Source: Eukaryota sp. TZLM1-RC (lineage: Eukaryota; Protista; Metamonada: BaSk clade). From it: DNA of 64,000 bases. Under the pieces are notes generated by a model. That model made no database searches. It was not told the origin of the DNA and worked only from the letters and a program-made list of their open reading frames with translations. Positions 22,626 to 33,027 of this stretch are shown here, one piece after another. The first letter of the stretch is position 1, and each line of letters opens with the position of its first letter. The translations under genes were made by a program, and so were the position numbers. The stretch lies in NCBI GenBank assembly GCA_040285825.1, contig JAUPSS010000002.1, positions 930,001-994,000 of the forward strand, read 5' to 3'.

Positions 22626-23888
22626 TTAACTTAAATCATATCCTGCATTTTCTAGAGCTTTTACAGCCCAATCTGGATTACCATTCATTTGTAAGAATTC
22701 CCTGCAAAAGATATTAAAATTACCAGAATAAATTGCTGCTCTTATAGCCTTACATAACCTTAATTGAAAAGCGATGTTGTGAATAGTCAATAAAATTGCA
22801 ATTGTATCATCTCTATTCACCATTGCATTGAGACAAGCTCTTGAATACCTTCTACAAGTACTGCAAGGGCAATCATCATCAATTGGTCTAGTATCGTTCT
22901 TAAACTCAGCTTTTCTTAATTGTAATTGACCCCAAGGGACAAGTGCCGAACCAAATCTAGCGGTTCTCGTTGGGTAGACACAGTCCATTTGATCAACTCC
23001 CAGAGCAATAGAGACCACAATGTCAATACTATAACCAACCCCCATGACGTATCTTGGTTGGTTTGCTGGCAACCTTTGAGAACAAAACGTCACTACTCGG
23101 CAAAATTCACTTTTTGATTCACCTCCAGCCAACCCACCAATGGCGATCCCAGGACATTTTCTTTCCAAAATAAGTTTAATGGACTGGGATCGAAGCTTTT
23201 CATCAAGACCACCTTGAATGATGGGATAAAGGTTCTGGGTCAGATGCCTTTTGGATTCATAGTGAACCTTCAATGCACGATCCAACCATCTTATACTCCT
23301 TTCCATACCCTCTCTGTGTCTTTCCATGTCTGAGCATAGGGTATGAACAGTATCGTCGAGTTGCATACAGATATCGCTGCCTATAGCATGTTGAGTCCTA
23401 ATGGATTCTTCAGGAGTAAGTAGAGAGACAGAATTATCAACAGGAGATTGAAATTGTACACCCTCTTCACTCAACTTGCTTAATTGTAAAAGAGAGACCA
23501 TTTGAAATCCTCCAGAATCTGTTAGAATGTTTCTGTCCCAAGACATGAGCTTATGGAGTCCCCCCTGCCTGGTCAAGGTTTCTGCCCCAGGACGTAAAGA
23601 TAAAAAATAGGTGTTGGCTAAAAGAAGATGGCAGTCAAGTTCTTCAATTTCTAAAGAAGTGATGCCTTTCAACGTCCCTTGTGTTCCCACTGGCATGAAA
23701 ATAGGTGTAGGGACAGGGCCATGAGGAAGAAATAAGGTTCCACATCTGGCTGGTCCACAAGTTTTATGAACTGTGAATTTCAAGGCAGGTGAAGAAAAGG
23801 TTGTTGTTGCAGTGGGATCATCTACATTGACAGGGGGTATATCAGTAGGATACCAGGAACCAAAACCTTTAAAAGGATCAACTGTCAT
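22626..23888 (-). CDS. QTRT1: Queuine tRNA-ribosyltransferase catalytic subunit
   Basis: TPIFMPVGTQGT, LTDSGGFQMVSL, MQLDD, IIQGG, DCVYPTRTARFG and CxCxxC...H zinc site. Confidence 0.96.
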   Translation of the reverse strand: MTVDPFKGFGSWYPTDIPPVNVDDPTATTTFSSPALKFTVHKTCGPARCGTLFLPHGPVPTPIFMPVGTQGTLKGITSLEIEELDCHLLLANTYFLSLRPGAETLTRQGGLHKLMSWDRNILTDSGGFQMVSLLQLSKLSEEGVQFQSPVDNSVSLLTPEESIRTQHAIGSDICMQLDDTVHTLCSDMERHREGMERSIRWLDRALKVHYESKRHLTQNLYPIIQGGLDEKLRSQSIKLILERKCPGIAIGGLAGGESKSEFCRVVTFCSQRLPANQPRYVMGVGYSIDIVVSIALGVDQMDCVYPTRTARFGSALVPWGQLQLRKAEFKNDTRPIDDDCPCSTCRRYSRACLNAMVNRDDTIAILLTIHNIAFQLRLCKAIRAAIYSGNFNIFCREFLQMNGNPDWAVKALENAGYDLS

Positions 23889-23971
23889 TGTTACAGATAT
23901 TGTCTATAACGATATAACGATGAAATAAGTGCCGTTTTTAAACCGATGTAGAGGGACTGAGTTTTTGAGAA

Positions 23972-24480
23972 GTGGAAGATTTTCTCCTTGATACCTTTTT
24001 CTTTGAACCTTCATCAACCTTGGCCATTTGTACAGATGGTGCTTCTGACAGCTCTCGAAAGCTCCCTGACTCTTACCTTGCATCTCTTGACCCCAAGATG
24101 GTTAATAGTTCAATCATTTACTCTATCTTGGACTATATAAACCAACATACTGCCAATGTTGACTCTGTTAACAATGAAACGAGCATCTTTAAGTGTACAT
24201 GGGCCCTTACCAACTTGTTTAGCACTGTGTTCTCTGTTGATTTTATTTATGAAGTACCAATGTGCAAAATAGAGCCCAAATCATTTGGTGTATAAGTAAC
24301 ATTCTGATGGCGTTAGTTATAGACAAGATGCCCTACATTATGGAATTCTTGATTCTGCCATCTCTATCTTTAAACACTTCTTTGATTTGGAGTGTTGGTC
24401 CGAATTGCTAAGTGTTTCATTTATCTTTGCTAATCTATGTAGAAACAAACCTCATCCGTCACCTGCTGTTTAAAAACAAA
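23972..24480 (+). pseudogene. Disrupted importin-alpha/ARM-repeat-like fragment
   Basis: CTWALTNL and, after stops and frameshifts, FANLCRNKPHP resemble importin-alpha ARM helices. Confidence 0.45.
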
Positions 24481-25149
24481 TCAAAGAGGAAGTTTTGGAG
24501 TTGGCTTTTTGGCACAATTCTGAGTCTATTATATATGTGGTGATAGAATTATGTCATTGCATGCTATTCCTTACTGATGAAATAGGCGAAGTAGTTAAAT
24601 TTTTCAGCAAGAAATTTGATAAAACATTAGATTTAACATTGTATACACACGGTGTATCAAAACCAAGATATAAAGATTTTATGGGTAGAAATGTTACAAT
24701 TCACAGACCAAATTACAAAATATTATCCGAAATTTAATTATAAAACAAAATACACTCCTGAGGTTGAACTTCACATTCTTCTAACATCATACAGCAAAAC
24801 GAGAAAAAGGATAACGAGGTTACGGACTCAGTTCCCACCTCCTCCTTTAACCTGTTCTTCACAGAACAGCAGAGTTCTTTCTGCCGAACTCCTCAGTGTG
24901 GAACAGTCGCCTACATAACAAAAATAAACGGAAGGTCAGGGCACCGGTTTCCGAACGGAATCGTCGTTCTGATCCTTCTGTGGGGCTAGAGTACTGCACT
25001 TTTTTGAGTCATCATGTGAGTCATGATATGGGTGCTGTTGAATCAGCCATGATTTTAATCACTTTAGATTTGGAAAGTTTTTCTTGTTTCTGTTATTTTT
25101 TCAATTGTTATTTTTATGTTTTTGAGTTTATTGATTTTTGCGGTTCAGG

Positions 25150-28100
25150 CATTTGCATTTTACACGGGATGTTTAGTCTTGTTTTGAACGTAATTTTATA
25201 CCACCACAAATATCTGCCCAATTATATGAATCATTAATGGCCAGAATTCGTTATATTTCAGCTGAGTATTATGGGCTAGAAATGGTTAAACCAAAAAGTG
25301 CGTTTCCACAGGATTTTGAAGACTTTGTTTATGGCGAAGGAGATTATAGATTATCGACTTTTTTTGAACAACAAAAGTTGAACAAAACTATAAGTTATGT
25401 AGACCATTTGAGATATGGGCCTGAGTTTTTTCCAAGATTCCCAACTGATGAATTCAGTAGACCACCTGAGTATATGGCCCCAGTATTGTTTGCCAAATTT
25501 GAAAATAATTTGAAATTAAATTATGAAAAACATATTAATCGATTTATTAATGTGCTCTTTGACAAACCAGATGTGGAAAATGTGTTAGCAGAAATGCACA
25601 AGCTGGGTGGATACTCTACGCCATTATCTACAATTAATTCACCATATAGATTTAGGCTTCGTCAATTCAAAAACTTGTTTTTAGTTGATGATAGAGATTG
25701 CTTGAGTTCTTTGTTTCATCATCCAGCAAATATTGCAGACCTTCTTAATGATGAATTTGTTGATTTATATGAACACCATGATATAAGAGATAAAGAACGT
25801 AGAGACATATTTGAAGGTCTTATTGAACGATTTACTTGTCAAATTGAGAATTTAGTCACTGGCGAGAATTTATTTGACAACATATTTCCAATGGATATTC
25901 ATTTTCTTGGAGACGCTGTTGAAAAAGATCCTCAATTATTCCTATAACCAGCAATTACGATTGCTCAATATATTGCCAGCAGAGGAGGGAAATCTTATCA
26001 CGTTACCGCTGTATCAACCAATGTAGGTCCAGGATATTTTCCTATTGATACAAGAACAATAGGGACACTTATTAGCCAAACACTGATGGACGATTTGTTG
26101 CCTGATGAGAGATTAAAAACGGTCAATACACAAGCCCAAGTTGCTAGATTCAAACCACCTGAGCAATTTGACTTTTGGTCTACTATTCTCGATTTAAACC
26201 AACCAATGTATAAATATTTATTGAATTTTCACACTTAATTAAATTAACTCCTAACTAATGGGACGACTATCATTGAACCAAGATTTCTTCTACAAAATCT
26301 TGATCTGCTTGCTGTCTAGCTAAAGCTTCTCTTATTCGATTGAAAAACCGAGGTAATCTATTAATAATGGCAAATTGAATCCGTGAACGCCATAAGAAAA
26401 TATCAAATCTTTTCATTGTTTTTTCTTGAACCAATTTTTGAAAGTCATTCAAAAAGGTTTCTGCTTCATCTGATAATCTTCCATTTATCGAAAATGGGAA
26501 AGCAATAGAAACCAGCTGTGTATTTCTCTCAGCATTGGCCTCTTCAATATCTTTATCATATTTTCTATGTTTTTCTTTTGCTTTAAAATCAAGAGCACTC
26601 ACAGGATTAAGTTTTCTTCTGTGAACCAAATATCATTTGCAACATTACATGAGACAAAGTAAACAATAGCTTCAGAATTATCAATCCAATCACAGTATAC
26701 ATCACCTCTATCATCAGAACCAAAATTATTCAGAGAAAGTGTTTCCTTCAGCAGAGGCTCTTTGATACACGATATTCTTGCAGTTTGTGCCATATTGAAA
26801 ACAGTGTCTCTAACAGCATCATGTAATGAAGAACGATAAGTTATCCATTTAGAACAATTCAGAGCATGGCGCAAAGTGAGTTGAGGTGAATTCGAACAAA
26901 TACATTTTTCTTTTCATAATAATTGATTAATGGGGATATTCAAATATAATCTCATTTTTGTTACAAATGCTTCATTTGTGGCACACAATCCAAATCTTCG
27001 TGGTACAACGGTTACAAAAAGTGAAGAATCTGATGACTGGTTTTCACAAACACTCTTTTCCAATAACAATGAGTGAAGATCTTGATTTAAAACAGCCGAG
27101 CTGCATATATTATATACCAACCAGTGTTCAAACAAAGAATTTACAAATTCAACAACATTATCCCCACAGCTCGATTTAATATTGCAGTAGAATTTGTTCG
27201 TCAGGATTTACAAGGTCAGAAATGTAAGCCAGACAACAAGGCTAGTGTTTCGGATTTATTTATTGATGATGTGGATGTTGATACTTTTCAAGACAAACGA
27301 ATTGTTGTTTGTGATCCTGGAAAACGTGATTTAATGTATTTTGGGAGTAAAAAACGGATCAAGAACTAGCCATGGTGCCTGAACATGAAACTGAACAGCA
27401 AAGAAATAGTCGGGTGATGAATCAAGATAAGAAGTACAAATGGTTGAGAATGACTCAGATGTCCTGGTCTTTGAAAAATAAGATGAATGAAAAGCAAAAA
27501 CGATGGGCGCTAAAGTATACTGAGGTAGATTACGACAGGAACCAAATGTTAGAGTCTAACGAAATGAAAATTGAAGATGCAAACACCGAATTATCCGCGT
27601 TTGCTGCAAATTCAGCAACTTTTATAGATTTTTCCAACTTTGTGGTTGCCAAACTTTGTATCGGCAAGTTTTTTTGACAATTGACTTTTACAGTCTTAAC
27701 TTGTGGAGCATTCATAAAATGCAAGCTGTTATTCACAAGCAAAAGAGTGAAAGTTGGTTGTTAAAAAATCTTGTTCAGCAGTTTGGCAAGCCAAAAGACA
27801 TTTTAATTCTAATGGGTGATTATGGTAAAAAAAAGGTTCCAAGAATTTGAAACACCAGAGACCTACTCGTGGCATTGGATGGATTCAATTTCTGAAAAGA
27901 AATGGATTTGAAGTATTGATGATTAATGAAGCTTTCACTTCAGCAAAATGTCCTGTTTGTTTTGAAAAGGTTGCTACGTTTTTGAGAGTAACAAATCCCA
28001 GATTCTATAGAGGAGAAAAGACTCCAGTTACTACGTGTCATGGTTTATTAGCTTGTAACTGTGAGAGTTGCAAATTCAGTAACAAAGGCTCAACAAAGCT

Positions 28101-28197
28101 CTTCAATAGAAATAAGCTGGCTTGTCTGAACATGTTTGCAATTGCTGAAGCCAGAATGAGTGGTAATGAAAGGCCTCAGTATCTGTCTTGTAGATAG
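25150..28197 (+). pseudogene. Fanzor (eukaryotic TnpB-derived nuclease, Fanzor1-like) relic 1, full domain span but split by a CRE-like insertion
   Basis: FENNLKLNYEKHINRFIN; PGYFPIDT; RuvC-I VVCDPGKRDL; MGDYG...PTRGIG; RuvC-II INEAFTSAKCPVC; HGLLAC; RuvC-III FNRNKLACLNM; several stops and frameshifts. Confidence 0.85.
26210..27115 (-). mobile_element. CRE-like family A copy inserted into Fanzor relic 1
   Basis: Reverse complement of 9474-10375; 12-bp TSD ACCAACCA(A/G)TGT at 26198-26209 and 27116-27127; removal restores LDLNQP(M/V)FKQRIYKF. Confidence 0.9.
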
Positions 28198-28233
28198 TTT
28201 TTTTAATTATGGGAATTTCCCATACGATATGTT

Positions 28234-29769
28234 ATGAACATCCTCCTTGTTGCATTTACATGTTTCTCTCTTATAACTGCACTTGATTATAGTCTTGATG
28301 TCAAAAATTCCTTCGAAAGCGCTTATCTTGCGTATCTCCACTTGGCATTTCCCAATGATGAGCTAAAGCCCTTTTCACACAGCAGTCAATCAATGTTTAA
28401 TATGCCCTTATCAATCATAGACAGTCTAGACACTTTGTATATAATGGAACTTCATCATCTCCACCCACCAAAGACGCTTATACGACCTTACATAACTAAG
28501 TTCCATCCTTCTAACGTTTCCCTCTTTGAGTTTAACATTAGAGTTTTGGGTTCTTTAATCTCAATGTACGACTTAACATATGACCAGTATTACCTCAATC
28601 AAGCAGTTTTGATTGGAGAGCGGTTATTAACCGCCTTCCGTTCTTCCTCTAGTTACTTTCCTTTTGCAAATTTCAACCTTCTCACCCAGACAGGCTCTTA
28701 TCACAGCTGGACCAACAACAAGGTAGTTCTCTCAGAAATTGGTACTCTGTCCCTTGAACTTTACGCACTTGGTGATAGAAGCAGTGATGTGAGGTTTTCC
28801 AGGGTAGCTAATGACTTGCTGCAGAAGTTTAACATCACCAGCCAAAATGCAGATCGTTCTACTTTTCAAGGCAATTTAGTGTACAACTTTGTATTCCCCA
28901 CATTACTAGATTCTGAGTTTCTACAAACTTCTTCCGAAACTTTTACATTAAATGGACTGGCTGATAGTTATTTCGAATATATAATTAAGAATTTTATTTT
29001 GCTTAAAGGTGACCCAGTCTATGGAACACTTTCTGTCTCAATAATAACAGAAATCATTAATAATTTAATTTCATTTTCCAAAGAAGGTTATATGTTTTTG
29101 GGCGAGTTGAATGGAAGTTATCTTTCTGGAAAACAAGAACATTTGGCTTGTTTTTTTCCTGCAACTTTACTTAAGTTTTTGATAACAAAAGATCGTTATT
29201 TGCCCAGTTTATTCGACGACACTCAGTTGAGTAATTCTCTACTAATCAAAACATCTATATCACTAACAGAAACTTGCCTCAGATTATATAATCAAGGATT
29301 ATCACCTGATGGCGTTTCCTTTGAAAAAGATGATCAACTTGAAGATGTTGTTTTGGAAAAAAAGTTTATTAGTTTTTTGAGTGCTGACAATGATAACTAT
29401 ATTAAATCAAATAAGAAACAGAAGACTATTGCATATAGTATTTCTGATTCCAGATATTTATTACGCCCTGAAGTCATTGAGTCTGTTTATTTTGCTTGGT
29501 GTTATACGAAAGATGAAATGTATATAGAAAAAGCCAAGAAGTTGTGGAATTCCGTAAAGAAATTACAATTACCAAATGGTGCATTCACTTGCTTAAAGGA
29601 GTTTAATCAAGAATTATCTGAATCTAATATAGATGATTGGCAACCCAGCTGGTTCTTAGCTGAAACTTTAAAGTATTTCTTTCTTTTGTTTAAAGAAAAT
29701 GATTATTATTGTAAGTATTATGTTTTCAATACAGAAGCACATCCCATTAAAATGTTTAAATACAACTAA
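28234..29769 (+). CDS. Class I alpha-1,2-mannosidase (GH47) with signal peptide
   Basis: DELKP, IDSLDTL, SLFEFNIRVLG, ADSYFEY, EHLACF, LRPEVIES, SWFLAETLKY and FNTEAHP motifs. Confidence 0.95.
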   Translation: MNILLVAFTCFSLITALDYSLDVKNSFESAYLAYLHLAFPNDELKPFSHSSQSMFNMPLSIIDSLDTLYIMELHHLHPPKTLIRPYITKFHPSNVSLFEFNIRVLGSLISMYDLTYDQYYLNQAVLIGERLLTAFRSSSSYFPFANFNLLTQTGSYHSWTNNKVVLSEIGTLSLELYALGDRSSDVRFSRVANDLLQKFNITSQNADRSTFQGNLVYNFVFPTLLDSEFLQTSSETFTLNGLADSYFEYIIKNFILLKGDPVYGTLSVSIITEIINNLISFSKEGYMFLGELNGSYLSGKQEHLACFFPATLLKFLITKDRYLPSLFDDTQLSNSLLIKTSISLTETCLRLYNQGLSPDGVSFEKDDQLEDVVLEKKFISFLSADNDNYIKSNKKQKTIAYSISDSRYLLRPEVIESVYFAWCYTKDEMYIEKAKKLWNSVKKLQLPNGAFTCLKEFNQELSESNIDDWQPSWFLAETLKYFFLLFKENDYYCKYYVFNTEAHPIKMFKYN

Positions 29770-29884
29770 ATATTTTTAACACATTTTAAATGATTTTTTA
29801 ATTATTTTAATTATTTTATTATTTTTTTAAATAAGATATTAATTCATCAGCTATTTCTTTTCTTTTTACAATCAAGAATAAATT

Positions 29885-31903
29885 CTAGAGTTTTTGTTTT
29901 AATCTGAATAACACAATCATTATCCTGGTCACTGGTGATCCATTTTTTGAATATTTTGCAGATTTAATTAATTTGTATTCAATAAATACAGGTGTAATTG
30001 ATCTATTTGTGATTAAAAATCCATCAGACAGTATATAAACTTGGGACAATTCATCTGTGGGGATAATGCGAACTTCAAAAGGCGATTTTAATTTCAGAAA
30101 TCTGTTCTCTTTTACAAGAGTAGAGGTATTAATTTCAGATTCAAGATGAATTAATTCAAATAGAGAAATAATGTCATCATAAGAAAAATTCAAATAATAT
30201 TCAAATTCTTGCTTAAAGAAATCTAAATCCGCAATTGGGAGCTTCATAAGCGACTCAATAAAACCAATAGCAGTAGGAATAATATTTAAAAAAACTGAAT
30301 TGAAACAATGAAAAGAGCAATTATTTCCAAAAGTTTTGACCATCAAATTCGAGATGAACTGATTTTCAACATCCTTATTGTGAAATGGACAATGTGAATT
30401 ACGATGCAAATACATTAAAAAATTTAAAAAAGAAGAACAACTCTTTTTTGATAAACAATGATGAACAAAAATCAAAACTGTTGTTAAATTCTGAAAACAA
30501 TATTTCAGTAAATCAAACAGCTCTTTTTTGGACAGAAATTGTTTTAAACACTGTGAAAAATTGACATTAACTGGATCAATATTCACAGACAATGTGGTAA
30601 ATAATGTTAATAATTCATCGACAGAACTAAAAAAAGAGTTAATTACCTCAGGATGTGCTTCAGGTAATGATTCATTATTTGGAAACGGAGCAGGAAATCT
30701 TTTCACCTTGGGAAAACCAAAAAAACTTAATAACAACCGCTGAGAATCCAAGAAATTATTCAAATTATCAAAAAAAGAAAAGACACAGTCCAAATTTAAT
30801 TCAATACCATAATCTTTTGATTGATTCAAATTTAGAATGGAAAAAACTCTTTTACAGAAAGCACTCCTTGACTCCCGTACATTGGATACACCATCTTTGA
30901 GACTGATTAACTGGCTAGAAAAAGAATCCCTTGAGGAAACTAAATCAGACAGCTGAGAGTTTAAAGTGTTTGAAGAAGATATGAGTTCGTCCAAGGATCC
31001 AATCAAATTTTTCTTTTTTGACCGTTCGACTGAGAAAGGATCAGAATTTTTCAACCCAGAATACCTTTTCTTTAAAGACTCTAACCTTACATTTACAGAC
31101 TCTAATAGTACACTTTGTTTTTCAATGGAAGTCAAAAGAGCAGAAAGATCACGTGATTTTTTGAGCTCTCCATTATTAATTAAACTATCTAATTCAGCTA
31201 TTGAAGCTTCAACTTGGCTAATGTCATCACCAATTCGTAATTGCTGGTACTTGACCTTTGAAATCTTCTCTTCAAGTTCATCTACCTTCGCTTGTAATGA
31301 TTCCGTTGATGTGGATGCCTCACTGAGCATTGAATCAAGACGACTAAGAGGCTTTTGACTGGCGTTTATAACAAGATTTCGAGGAATTAAAGTAAAGAAG
31401 TCATCTGAATTCTGCTGAAAAAGTGAGACTAGCGTTGATTGATCTTCAAGTGAATCTTCATACTCTTTCTTAACAGCAGAGAAATGTCGTGTGGTTGTTG
31501 CAGATACTATAGTGTTGATACAAGAATAGATTGGATATGTGGTCGTGGGTGATTCGGCTGAGAAATGCTTCGACAAACATCGCATCAGAATTGGTAGTGC
31601 ATGATACGAAATCGCCTCCAAAGAAATAAATAAATTTAAATGACAAAGGGAGGTCATGGTGGACGAGATGGTGTTCAAAATGGAGACATCAGTGTGACGT
31701 TTGAAGAGAGGAACAAGAACACGAATAATGTTAAGGTTGCCAATACTCTCGGTATCAGTACCAGAAGCAACGGAAGTTATTTTATGGCAAAGAAACTTTA
31801 AAACTTTGACATCATCTAGAAGAGGAATAGCTGTCGTGATAATAGTATGAATATCTTTATCAAGAACATCCAAAAGAGAAGAGGGCAAATCGCTAGTAAC
31901 CAT
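29885..31903 (-). CDS. Hypothetical protein with ARM-like N-terminus and long coiled coil
   Basis: Long ORF with first ATG at 31903 (the upstream extension in the ORF track lies inside the hAT element); heptad-rich middle. Confidence 0.6.
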   Translation of the reverse strand: MVTSDLPSSLLDVLDKDIHTIITTAIPLLDDVKVLKFLCHKITSVASGTDTESIGNLNIIRVLVPLFKRHTDVSILNTISSTMTSLCHLNLFISLEAISYHALPILMRCLSKHFSAESPTTTYPIYSCINTIVSATTTRHFSAVKKEYEDSLEDQSTLVSLFQQNSDDFFTLIPRNLVINASQKPLSRLDSMLSEASTSTESLQAKVDELEEKISKVKYQQLRIGDDISQVEASIAELDSLINNGELKKSRDLSALLTSIEKQSVLLESVNVRLESLKKRYSGLKNSDPFSVERSKKKNLIGSLDELISSSNTLNSQLSDLVSSRDSFSSQLISLKDGVSNVRESRSAFCKRVFSILNLNQSKDYGIELNLDCVFSFFDNLNNFLDSQRLLLSFFGFPKVKRFPAPFPNNESLPEAHPEVINSFFSSVDELLTLFTTLSVNIDPVNVNFSQCLKQFLSKKELFDLLKYCFQNLTTVLIFVHHCLSKKSCSSFLNFLMYLHRNSHCPFHNKDVENQFISNLMVKTFGNNCSFHCFNSVFLNIIPTAIGFIESLMKLPIADLDFFKQEFEYYLNFSYDDIISLFELIHLESEINTSTLVKENRFLKLKSPFEVRIIPTDELSQVYILSDGFLITNRSITPVFIEYKLIKSAKYSKNGSPVTRIMIVLFRLKQKL

Positions 31904-31938
31904 AGAAATCAAATCAATGTGTGAATAATTGTTATTAC

Positions 31939-32566
31939 CAGTGTTCGGAATTTTGACCACGCGGTGGCACCAACCACCATGTGCCACCGCGTGGTCTATT
32001 TTTGGTGGTGTATTTTTTAGCCTATAAAATGCTGTTATTGTCAAATCATTATGAATAAAACATGTTGATTTTTACAAACTAAAACTAAACCCATAACTCG
32101 ACTATCGAAAGAAAAACGCATTTGAGATCATATCATTCCTTCTCAATGTCCTCCGAAACATAAAGATTTCTGAAATAACAAGGATCGGTATGATTTCTTC
32201 ATCCAGTGAATAATCTGCTGCTTGCTCCTGCTCGTTGACTGCCTCTGCAACTTCTGCCTCTGCAATTTCCTCCATCTCTTCCATCATTTTTACTATTTCA
32301 GCATTCATCCATATGAATAAAAGTCACATATGGCATGTATGCGTCCTCCCGAATATTCCACTTCATCATAAGCATTATTAGGGGAAATGTATTCAACTAC
32401 AGGGTGTTTGCTACCAGCCCATGGTATTTGGAACAAAGAAAGGAGATAGGAATAATGAAATGAAATTGACCACCAAGAAAACCACTATGGTGGCACCAAC
32501 CACCACGTGGCACCACGTGGTCCACATGGTGGTAAAATTGGACCACGTGGTGGTGTCCGATCACTG
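31939..32566. mobile_element. Non-autonomous hAT-type DNA transposon (628 bp)
   Basis: TIRs CAGTGTTCGGA / TCCGATCACTG; perfect 8-bp TSD GTTATTAC (31931-31938 and 32567-32574); subterminal CCAC..GTGG repeats. Confidence 0.88.
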
Positions 32567-32673
32567 GTTATTACACACATCAACTGTGGTTTGCAAATTT
32601 CGCGGATTTCGACCAAATCCATTTCCCACACAATAAATTCCCACACAAAATTCTTCATCTTGCTCTAGTGGTT

Positions 32674-32830
32674 ATGGGTTTGAAGTATGACATGCTTCTC
32701 AACCCTGAAACCGACATACGTACTCTCAAAAACCATGCCTACTTATGGATTGACAAGACACAATCAGAAGTGGCTAAGTTCTTCCTTGTGTCTCAGTCTA
32801 CGATCTCGAGGTGGCTGGAAAGAGTTTTTT
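32674..32830 (+). pseudogene. HTH fragment resembling the N-terminus of an IS630/Tc1-type transposase
   Basis: KTQSEVAKFFLVSQSTISRWL; no catalytic domain follows. Confidence 0.4.
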
Positions 32831-33027
32831 CTCTATCTCATAAAAAACAGCCTAAAATGCGTGTTTATTGTAACAATTGGAATAAAGATTATTAAATATA
32901 TTTGTATGTAAAAGTATTACCGAAAACCACAACTATTCTGTACTATGTGGCTCTTCTACATTGTCTGCTTTCATGATCTGGTCTTCCACAGATGGTGGCA
33001 TAAATGCTACCGACGAAACTCTTTTTC

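Noticed and set aside
24850-24900. CTGAGGA...GAAA on the minus strand, suggesting a hammerhead ribozyme
   Set aside because: Stem II is too weak with an extra nucleotide, and the would-be cleavage triplet ends in G.
25945-27369. In-frame stops as evidence for a variant genetic code
   Set aside because: Conserved host genes are uninterrupted and end in TAA, TAG or TGA; internal stops are confined to relics.
31950-32560. Clustered short palindromic repeats as a CRISPR-like array
   Set aside because: No regular repeat-spacer period; explained as hAT subterminal repeats.
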